Of a DNA stretch of 32,000 bases, positions 25,279 through 32,000 are shown one piece after another. Below the pieces are notes generated by a model, which saw nothing but the letters and a program-made list of their open reading frames with translations, was not told where the DNA came from and searched no databases. Location of the stretch: contig NZ_CP027570.1 in the NCBI RefSeq assembly GCF_003010495.1, forward strand, positions 120,001 through 152,000, in the 5' to 3' direction. Positions within the stretch are counted from its first letter, which is position 1. Each line of letters begins with the position of its first letter. Source of the stretch: Megasphaera elsdenii DSM 20460. GTDB lineage: Bacteria > Bacillota > Negativicutes > Veillonellales > Megasphaeraceae. A program made the position numbers and the translations under genes.

Positions 25279-26475
25279 CTACTCATTTGCAATCTTGACG
25301 AATATCATGCGCCCAGCCGACGTCTGCAAGACCGACGTCACCGTAACGGGCACGGTAGAACCGATGTATTTCTGACCATCTTCGACGACGATCATCGTGC
25401 CGTCATCGAGATAGGCCACGCCCTGGTTCTCTTCCTTGCCAGCCTTGACGATGAGGACGTTCATGTGTTCCCCAGGGATGCGGGCCGGTTTCAGGGCATT
25501 GGCCAGGTCGTTGATATTGAGGACGGCCACGCCCTGGAGGGCAGCGACCTTATTCAAATTATAGTCGTTGGTGACGACTTTGGCATTGATCTTGCGGCCC
25601 AGGCGGACGAGCTTGGAATCGACGCCCTGGACGTCATCGAAATCATCGTTGATGATGCGGACTTCGACGTAATTATCTTCCTGCATCTGCTTCAGGATAT
25701 CCAGGCCGCGGCGGCCCTTATTGCGCTTCAGCAAATCCGACGAATCGGCGATGAGCTGCAGTTCTTCCAGGACGAAGACCGGCACCAGCAGGGGCCCTTC
25801 GAGGAAGCCCGTACTGCAGATTTCGGCGATACGGCCGTCGATGATGGCACTCGTATCGAGGAGCTTGCCGGAAAAGTCCATATCCTTGCGCTTGCCGCTG
25901 TGCTCCTTGCCGGACTTGCCCAGGCGCAGGTTGCTGACCAGGGCGATGATTTCGCTCTTCTTGCGGGTGGCAATGCTCATGCCGGCATAGCCGAAGACGA
26001 TGCTGAAGACGATCGGGCCATAGGCCCCGATGATCGGCAGACGGGCGAACGCCAGGCCAATTAAATTCGCAATAATAAGTCCAAAAAGCAATCCCAGCGT
26101 CCCGACGATGATATCCTGGCTCTCGAAATCACTCAGGCCCGATTCGATGCGGTGAATCGCCGCCCAGATCAGGCGCAGCACGAACGGTGAAATCCCATAT
26201 CCCACCAGGGCCCCGACGAGAATGCCGATGATGTAGGCCACGATGGTGATGATAGTCGTCCCGAAAATACTGCCGTGGAAAAATTCCCCTTCTATTTCGG
26301 CACTGATGAAGGGCGTCGTAATGACCTGGTCGGCAATCATGACAAAAATGACCGCCATAATCAGGACGATGACCCCTTTCATGATGTTGTCGGCCACATT
26401 GCGCCCATTGAATTTCTTCGACTTCGGCTCCTCGTGGTCCAATCCATATTTATCTTCCATAGAGTAGTAAGACAC
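25279..26475 (-). CDS. yacL: PIN/TRAM-domain membrane protein (YacL family)
   Basis: 398 aa: N-terminal TM helices, a PIN domain (LLDTSAIIDGRI) and a C-terminal TRAM-like beta domain. The start is uncertain: the GTG at 26475 abuts the SD, and the ATG at 26460 is 14 nt from it. The stop abuts the ispDF start. Confidence 0.82.
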   Translation of the reverse strand: MSYYSMEDKYGLDHEEPKSKKFNGRNVADNIMKGVIVLIMAVIFVMIADQVITTPFISAEIEGEFFHGSIFGTTIITIVAYIIGILVGALVGYGISPFVLRLIWAAIHRIESGLSDFESQDIIVGTLGLLFGLIIANLIGLAFARLPIIGAYGPIVFSIVFGYAGMSIATRKKSEIIALVSNLRLGKSGKEHSGKRKDMDFSGKLLDTSAIIDGRIAEICSTGFLEGPLLVPVFVLEELQLIADSSDLLKRNKGRRGLDILKQMQEDNYVEVRIINDDFDDVQGVDSKLVRLGRKINAKVVTNDYNLNKVAALQGVAVLNINDLANALKPARIPGEHMNVLIVKAGKEENQGVAYLDDGTMIVVEDGQKYIGSTVPVTVTSVLQTSAGRMIFVKIANE

Positions 26476-26498
26476 CTCCCCTTATGCGTAATTCTGTA

Positions 26499-26528
26499 AC
26501 TATACTAGTTTACCACATTTCCCGTCAA
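26499..26528 (-). promoter_or_regulatory. Candidate promoter of the yacL-ispDF-gltX operon
   Basis: Minus strand reads TTGACG (26523-26528), an 18-nt spacer, then TATAGT (26499-26504). Confidence 0.4.
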
Positions 26529-26584
26529 TGTACCACAGGTGGCGTGTAAAGTTTTTGCGCAGGTTCGTCTATAACATTTTGAAC

Positions 26585-26619
26585 TAGTAAATCGTAATTT
26601 AGTAAATTACGATTTACTA
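26585..26619. repeat. Perfect 16-bp A+T-rich inverted repeat with a 3-nt loop, 9 nt past the stop of the restriction-enzyme-like gene
   Basis: TAGTAAATCGTAATTT-AGT-AAATTACGATTTACTA, read directly. No U-tract follows on either strand, so it is not a canonical intrinsic terminator. Confidence 0.9.
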
Positions 26620-26628
26620 AATAAAATC

Positions 26629-29505
26629 TCATTCGCACAAATACCGATAGAGCTTATCTTCTACCGGCTTATCCAAGAGAAATTGGAAATTGACAATGGG
26701 CAGCTGCTGTCCTTTGTCATTGGCAATGGTCGTTTCGACGGGTTTCCCTAGAACGGTTAAATCACCGATATAATAGAAATCGGACCCTTCGGCATCGCTC
26801 TTTTTCACAAACAATAATTTTCGCGTGTGTTCATCGCAAATCGCCGGAATCTGCGACGATGTCAGGTGAATCCGGGCCCGCGTCATCCAGCTGAACTGCT
26901 GCGGCGAAACGAACTGGTCTTCGTACTTCGTATTGGCTGAAATGTCTTCCCGTTTCTCGTAGGTGACGAAAATGGGACACGTAGCGCCGACAATCTGATA
27001 GCCATTGAGCGTGCCTTCACGGTTCGTTTCATAATTGAGGATACGCGACACATCTTTTCGGGAATACCGGCCGTAGCGGACAAAGCCCCGGACGATTTCC
27101 GGTTCGTCATGAACATAGAGATTTTCAAAGCGATACGTTCCATAGTCAAGGATATCCTGAACATAACGTTGAAATTCTTCATTGGCTTTCAAGTCATTCC
27201 AATAGGAGGTGGCCACATACGCATGATTTTCAAAGGAAATAAGCGGCTCACTACCGTATTTTTTTCTAGCCGTTTTCGTAAAAAATTGCAAATTCAACAA
27301 GCGGGCCACGCTTTCCATCGTTTCCGTAGACGGCAGAAAATGGTATGTTTCGCTCATTTCCCTAGCCAGCGCCGCCGTAGACCAAGATGATTCCATCAAT
27401 AAATGGCGCAAGACCAACAATTCCTCTATGCGTTTGCCATTAGCCAGTTCCAAACTCAGCATCTTCAATACCGCCCGATGGGCTTCGGTCAAGGTCGAGG
27501 CAAAAGGCTCCATGTATTGAACAAATTCAAAGAAAGACTCCTTCTTCGCCACAAACAAGGCCGGATCCTTGTCGCCAAAGCGGACAAAATCCATCATCAT
27601 GGGTTGACGTCCCAAGCGATAGGCCATATTACGGTATGATTCTTTCAAATCCCGCAGATCTGCCAAAGCACTTTTGGCATCAATCGCCGCATAAATCCGT
27701 TCTTTGGCGATATCGTCAAAATGAACCGACGTCGGACCCGGCAAAAAATTGACCTGCATGAGACGGCGGACAAAATCCTTATCGTATGTCCGGTCGCCAA
27801 ACAGGGCAATGGGAAGCAGGAAATTATTTTCATAATTGCCGATGAAATCGAGAACTTCCAAATAGCGCTTATGTGGATATTTTCGCAGTCCCCGGCCTAA
27901 CTGCTGGACAAAGACGATCGCCGACGTCGTCGGACGCAGCATGATGACCTGATTGACCTGGGGAATGTCGACGCCTTCATTGAAAATATCGCAAGTAAAA
28001 ATATAGTCGAGATACTGCAGGTCTTCTGCTGCCTTCGCCTCCAAATGACCAATGGCTTCGCTTCGTTCCCTTTCGCTCGACGCACCCGTCAAGGCAACGG
28101 CTCGTTTTCCATGCTGGCGAAAAGTTTCAGCCAGGGCCTGCGCTTCGTCTACATTGCGGCAAAAAACGAGACCTTTGATGCGTTCAGCGTCACTGCCATA
28201 CAAATCAGCATAATATAATATATGTTTTACACGTTCTTCACAAGTCAGTAAGGCGAAATCACTCATGTCATCTAACACCTTGCCGTTGACCGTAATTTCG
28301 CTGATGCCGTGATAGTGAAAAGGAACGAGCATATTTTCTTCCAGCGCATCGTGCAAACGGATTTCATAAGCAATATGATGATGGAACAGCGCATAAATAT
28401 CGAAATCATCGGACCGCTCCGGCGTCGCCGTCATGCCTAACAGAAACTTGGGCTGAAAATAGCGAATGACTTTTTGATACGTCGCAGCACCCCCGTGATG
28501 CACTTCGTCAATGACAATATAATCAAAGGTGTCGGGCGCAAAGGTATGAAGGATTTCGTCTTGGGACAAAGTCTGAATGGTCGCAAAAATATAAGGCTTA
28601 TCCAATTCTTTATCATGCCCTGTCAGCAGCCCCGTATCGGCCGGATTGATGCCAATCCGGACATAACTATCCCGTGCACTTTTGACGATGAGCTCCCGAT
28701 GGACCACAAAGAGAAACCGCCGGGGCTGCATTTTTAAGACGTCAAAGGCTGATAAATAGGTTTTCCCAGTCCCCGTCGCTGAAATGAGCAAGCCTCGATC
28801 CTGCCCGTCATCACGAAGCTTTTGAATCCCAGCTAAAGCCGCCTTTTGCATGGCATTAGGTTGAATTTTATGGAAGGGCACATATACGGACTGCCGTTTC
28901 GGCTTATTATGCGTGTACACAGACTCGTAGGCCTGAATCCACGCTTCGTCCACGACTTCCGCCGTATCCCACAAAGCATCAAATTCTTCCTTCGTCTGCC
29001 GGATGAGAGAGCCGTTTTCTGCCGATGTAAAGAAAACATTCCATTCCTGATTGTGCGTCAAGGCGTTAGCCGTCATATTGCTGCTGCCAATGACCATGGT
29101 ATAATTTTCCGGCCCTGCCTGGGGACGATGGAAAAGATAGCCTTTGGCATGAAAAGCCCGTTCTTCTGTCACCATGCGCAATTCAACATTGGGAAACTTC
29201 AACAATTCCCGCAACGCACCGGGTTCGGTAAAATTCAAATACTGAGAGGCTAAAATTTTTCCCGTCGCCTTCCGATTCTGAATGAGCGCATCTTTCAGGC
29301 AGGCAATGCCGCTTTTCGTCAAAAACGCCACGGAAAACAAAAAAGAATCACAGACGTACAGCTGCGACAAAATCGTGTCGAGAACCTTGCGCTTTTTCTC
29401 TTTATTATTGGTCAGAATCTTGGGAACATAGCGTTGGTCCGCTTCTACCGTATAATCAATAAATCCTTCGCGCAGGCACTGTTCCAAAGCCCCGTATTCA
29501 ACCAT
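26629..29505 (-). CDS. SauUSI-like type IV (modification-dependent) restriction endonuclease: PLD nuclease + SF2 helicase/ATPase + C-terminal DUF3427-type domain
   Basis: 958 aa. One HKD motif: FHAKGYLF...VIGSSNMT (His119 at 29149-29151). Helicase motifs: I ATGTGKT (aa 242-249), II DEVH (333-336), III MTATP, VI QQLGRGLR. The C-terminal ~200 aa (RYSRKDVSRILNYETN...LLFVKKSDAEGSDFYYIGDL) fit my recollection of DUF3427. Size and domain order match SauUSI. Confidence 0.78.
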   Translation of the reverse strand: MVEYGALEQCLREGFIDYTVEADQRYVPKILTNNKEKKRKVLDTILSQLYVCDSFLFSVAFLTKSGIACLKDALIQNRKATGKILASQYLNFTEPGALRELLKFPNVELRMVTEERAFHAKGYLFHRPQAGPENYTMVIGSSNMTANALTHNQEWNVFFTSAENGSLIRQTKEEFDALWDTAEVVDEAWIQAYESVYTHNKPKRQSVYVPFHKIQPNAMQKAALAGIQKLRDDGQDRGLLISATGTGKTYLSAFDVLKMQPRRFLFVVHRELIVKSARDSYVRIGINPADTGLLTGHDKELDKPYIFATIQTLSQDEILHTFAPDTFDYIVIDEVHHGGAATYQKVIRYFQPKFLLGMTATPERSDDFDIYALFHHHIAYEIRLHDALEENMLVPFHYHGISEITVNGKVLDDMSDFALLTCEERVKHILYYADLYGSDAERIKGLVFCRNVDEAQALAETFRQHGKRAVALTGASSERERSEAIGHLEAKAAEDLQYLDYIFTCDIFNEGVDIPQVNQVIMLRPTTSAIVFVQQLGRGLRKYPHKRYLEVLDFIGNYENNFLLPIALFGDRTYDKDFVRRLMQVNFLPGPTSVHFDDIAKERIYAAIDAKSALADLRDLKESYRNMAYRLGRQPMMMDFVRFGDKDPALFVAKKESFFEFVQYMEPFASTLTEAHRAVLKMLSLELANGKRIEELLVLRHLLMESSWSTAALAREMSETYHFLPSTETMESVARLLNLQFFTKTARKKYGSEPLISFENHAYVATSYWNDLKANEEFQRYVQDILDYGTYRFENLYVHDEPEIVRGFVRYGRYSRKDVSRILNYETNREGTLNGYQIVGATCPIFVTYEKREDISANTKYEDQFVSPQQFSWMTRARIHLTSSQIPAICDEHTRKLLFVKKSDAEGSDFYYIGDLTVLGKPVETTIANDKGQQLPIVNFQFLLDKPVEDKLYRYLCE

Positions 29506-29514
29506 GGCTGTCGC

Positions 29515-29913
29515 CTACTTTCCAGAAAGTTTTTTCATGATGGGCACATCGGCCGGTGCCCAGTCCAATGTCGGCATATCTTCGGGAGTCATCCACTTCG
29601 CATCGACGTGTTCTTTGCGAACAAAGTCGGGCTTGTCCAAATGGCAATAGAAGGCATACATGGTCATGGAAAAATCAGGGTAATCGTGATGGACCGTCAT
29701 GTACAAATCCGATTCCTTGACAGACACATGGACATCCATTTCTTCCCGCAGTTCCCGTTCAATAGCCGTATGCTTGGCTTCACCCGGTTCAATCTTGCCG
29801 CCAGGAAACTCGTATTTGAAACTGACATAGTCAAATTTCCCCTGGCCCCGTTCCATGCAAAGAATTTTTCCATCATACTCCAAAATCGCAGCTACCACTT
29901 CTAAATGCTTCAT
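29515..29913 (-). CDS. NUDIX hydrolase, MutT/NudG-like (deoxy)nucleoside-triphosphate pyrophosphohydrolase
   Basis: 132 aa from the ATG at 29913 (SD GAGGAA, 6-nt spacing; the track begins one codon earlier at TTG). Nudix box GGKIEPGEAKHTAIERELREEMDV fits Gx5Ex7REUxEExGU, with D in place of the final G. Confidence 0.85.
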   Translation of the reverse strand: MKHLEVVAAILEYDGKILCMERGQGKFDYVSFKYEFPGGKIEPGEAKHTAIERELREEMDVHVSVKESDLYMTVHHDYPDFSMTMYAFYCHLDKPDFVRKEHVDAKWMTPEDMPTLDWAPADVPIMKKLSGK

Positions 29914-29950
29914 CAAAAATTCCTCTTTTCTGTATTATTTCCTGTACCTT

Positions 29951-31156
29951 CTAAAAAACGTATTCCGACAGGCGTCTCATGGCTTCTTCCAGGCGGGTCC
30001 GGGGCAGGGCCAGGTTCAGGCGCATGGCGTCTTTCCAGGCGAATTTCCGGCCATCTTGCCAGGCGACGCCGACGTCCCAGGCTTTTTTCAGGAGTTCCGG
30101 CAGGGTCATCTGGTTTGCTTTCAAGTATTCCCCACATTCGACGAAGAGCATGTAAGTCCCCTGCGGCAGGCTGACCTGGCAGCCCGGGAAATGGTCCTGG
30201 ATGTACTGGGTCGCATAGCGGCAGTTGCTTTCCAGGACCTGGTTCAATTCGTCGGTCCATTCGTGTCCGTCCTGGCTATAGGCGCCGATCAGGGCGTGCA
30301 TGGAAAGGACGTTCATTTCGTTATAACAGGTCCGTTGTCCATGCTGTGTAATCTTTTCTCGCAAAAGCGGATTGGCGATGATGTGGTAACTGCCGATCAG
30401 GCCGGCCAGGTTGAAGGTTTTGGACGGAGCATAGAAAGCGACCGTACGCTGGCGGGCGTCTTCGGAGACGGCTGCCGTCGGGATATGGCAGTGGCCTTGG
30501 AAAATGATGTCCGACCAGATTTCATCGCTGATGACCCAGACATCGTATTTTTTGAAAAGGGCCATGGCCTGTTCGATTTCCCAGCGTTCCCAGACGCGGC
30601 CTGTCGGGTTCTGAGGTGAGCAGAAAATGGCCAAGTGGACATGGTGCTTCTTGATTTTTTCTTCCATGTCGGCGAAATCCATGCGCCAAATGCCCTGTTC
30701 TTTGCGAAGGGGGCTGAAGACGACGTGCCGGCCGGTGTTGCTCAGGTCCCCGATGAAGCCGGGATATGTCGGGCTGTGGACTAAGACGGCGTCACCCGGT
30801 TCGGTCAGAACCTGGATAGTGCTAGTAATGCCGCCGTGGACGCCATTTTCATAGCCGATCATGTCGCGTGTCAGTTCCGGCCAGTCATGACGGGTCGTCT
30901 GCCAGTCGATGATGCGCTGGTAATAGGCATCAGACGGCAGGAAATAACCAAAAAGCGGGTGTTTCAACCGTTGTTCCATGGCCTGGACGACAGCCGGGCA
31001 AGTCGCGAAACTCATGTCCGCTACCCACATGGGGATTTCATCGAAACCGGGCTTGGCCTTATCCGGTTCAAAGCCCCAAACGGTCTTGCCAATGCCATCG
31101 AAAGCCGTAGCATCCTTACCAGCTCGGTCAATAATCGTCGTAAAATCGTATTTCAT
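29951..31156 (-). CDS. patB: PatB/MalY-family PLP-dependent C-S lyase (cystathionine beta-lyase type aminotransferase)
   Basis: 401 aa. N-terminus YDFTTIIDRAGKDATAFD and class I/II aminotransferase features (CSPQNPTGRVW, APSKTFNLAG with the PLP lysine). Confidence 0.82.
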   Translation of the reverse strand: MKYDFTTIIDRAGKDATAFDGIGKTVWGFEPDKAKPGFDEIPMWVADMSFATCPAVVQAMEQRLKHPLFGYFLPSDAYYQRIIDWQTTRHDWPELTRDMIGYENGVHGGITSTIQVLTEPGDAVLVHSPTYPGFIGDLSNTGRHVVFSPLRKEQGIWRMDFADMEEKIKKHHVHLAIFCSPQNPTGRVWERWEIEQAMALFKKYDVWVISDEIWSDIIFQGHCHIPTAAVSEDARQRTVAFYAPSKTFNLAGLIGSYHIIANPLLREKITQHGQRTCYNEMNVLSMHALIGAYSQDGHEWTDELNQVLESNCRYATQYIQDHFPGCQVSLPQGTYMLFVECGEYLKANQMTLPELLKKAWDVGVAWQDGRKFAWKDAMRLNLALPRTRLEEAMRRLSEYVF

Positions 31157-31512
31157 CTAATTTTTCTCACCTTTCATCATAAAAGTTGCGATTCGTTGTT
31201 CATAAAGGCCCGTCAAAGCCCCAGAATAGGCTGTGGTAAATTCTCTCTAGCAGGTTTCCCACGTGGAAGCCCCTACACAACGGCCATTGGCCGTGTATTT
31301 TTTTCAATGAAAAATTCCTCTTTATCATAGTTCTTTCTCCATTGTACATCATCAGCCCTGCAAAAACCACTTTATCCTTCTTGATTATGTCGCAGCTCAT
31401 TCCTACTGAACCATTTCTAAGCTGCCTATGTGGCAGCTAACAACATCCTTTTGTATGAATAGCCGGATTCTACCTAAGCTTGCGTCAGTTCTTTTTATCT
31501 TCCTCCAGCTAA

Positions 31513-31790
31513 TTATCCCCCTACGGTCGATTCCTGTTGGGCCAAAAAGGCTTCTGCATCTTGGCGAATTTTTCCCAAATCCAGGCCCTGGTCGCGGGCA
31601 CCGAAAATGCAACCGCAATAGGGCTGGCGGTAGAGGTGGTAGGCTTCGGTCATTTTCGTCGATGTAAGGAAGCCGTTGTTTTTCTTGAAATCCGTCGGCA
31701 AATAAGCGTAGCCGTATTGGTCTTCGATGTCCAGGCCGACTTCATTGATGACCTGTGAGTTCTTATGGGGGCTGACGGTCAGAAGTTGAT
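31513..31790 (-). pseudogene. queH: C-terminal fragment of epoxyqueuosine reductase QueH (DUF208); N-terminal half missing
   Basis: Hand translation gives ...LLTVSPHKNSQVINEVGLDIEDQYGYAYLPTDFKKNNGFLTSTKMTEAYHLYRQPYCGCIFG..., matching the QueH C-terminal pattern (TTLLvSP...YrQ.YCGC). Upstream of ~31790 the frame hits TAG and TGA, and no CCAPC-type N-terminal motif appears in any frame out to 32000. Confidence 0.65.
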
Positions 31791-31793
31791 GTA

Positions 31794-31832
31794 ACCCCCA
31801 ATTGTTAGACCTAACATCTAACTATTGGGGGT
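31794..31832. repeat. 15-bp inverted repeat (1 mismatch) with a 9-nt loop at the queH truncation point; possible mobile-element terminus
   Basis: ACCCCCAATTGTTAG-acctaacat-CTAACTATTGGGGGT, read directly. TTGAT at 31786-31790 immediately precedes it. Confidence 0.7.
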
Positions 31833-31882
31833 CAGCTCACAGCTCAAATACGACAGCTTCTTTTTTTATACATTATCTGCCT

Positions 31883-31948
31883 AAAGCAGCCTAATTTATC
31901 AAAGTTTTCCACAAAAAAGGAAAACACGAAAATTAGACTGCTTTTTTT
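31883..31948 (+). other. Nested hairpin followed by a T7 run (terminator-like on the plus strand) in non-coding A+T-rich DNA
   Basis: Outer stem AAAGCAGCCTAATTT / AAATTAGACTGCTTT (1 mismatch). Inner stem GTTTTCC-acaaaaaa-GGAAAAC. Then TTTT(TTT). No plus-strand gene is visible upstream. Confidence 0.4.
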
Positions 31949-32000
31949 ATCCGTCTCCTTACGGGGATTATGGTTCTTATCCGCAAGGTCTTCACAGACC

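Noticed and set aside
31200-31400. 66-aa minus-strand ORF (MSCDIIKKDK…) inside the patB leader, plus neighbouring short ORFs at 31403-31618 and 31428-31667.
   Set aside because: No SD and no recognisable motifs. They overlap predicted hairpins or the queH fragment. More likely non-coding leader or pseudogene sequence.
31845-32000. Stop-free minus-strand frame entering from the right edge (…VCEDLADKNHNPRKETDKKSSLIFVFSFFVENFDKLGCFRQIMYKKRSCRI*).
   Set aside because: It runs through homopolymer A/T tracts and the nested hairpins. Its composition looks non-coding, and it cannot be evaluated without sequence beyond 32000.
1-32000. CRISPR arrays, rRNA or tRNA genes, integrases or transposases, toxin-antitoxin pairs.
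   Set aside because: I saw no regularly spaced direct repeats, no tRNA-like cloverleaf candidates in the intergenic regions I read, and no recombinase-like ORFs in the track. A by-eye scan cannot exclude short or degenerate elements.

Overview
Mostly core chromosome of a Firmicute. My guess is a Negativicutes/Veillonellaceae-type organism, based only on gene order and an ArnT-like gene (low confidence). A 14.6-kb co-directional minus-strand run of housekeeping genes covers 11.9-26.5 kb: yacL, ispDF, gltX, a Cys T-box leader, cysS, mrnC, rlmB, sigH, secG, rnr, smpB, a small membrane protein, polA and mutM. coaE and a lytic transglycosylase sit at the left edge. Between mutM and coaE (1.2-11.9 kb) lies a mixed-orientation accessory block. 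It holds an ArnT-like/GtrB-like glycosylation pair, a MarR plus QueG-like Fe-S pair with duplicated palindromic operators, a LysR/YeiH pair, an AGCS transporter plus homocysteine S-methyltransferase operon, a BCCT transporter remnant and a DUF389 protein. The most interesting region is 26.6-29.9 kb. There a MutT-type NUDIX hydrolase is tightly coupled (9-nt gap) to a 958-aa PLD nuclease / SF2 helicase / DUF3427 protein with the architecture of the type IV modification-dependent restriction enzyme SauUSI. Spot counts suggest this pair is more A+T-rich than the housekeeping genes. I propose, as a hypothesis only, a two-gene module that sanitises the nucleotide pool and restricts modified DNA. 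The right edge holds an N-terminally truncated queH fragment that ends at a hairpin-forming inverted repeat, followed by structured A+T-rich non-coding DNA; this may be a mobile-element boundary. I found no CRISPR array, rRNA, tRNA or tmRNA. All calls rest on motif recognition and hand translation; no database search was possible.
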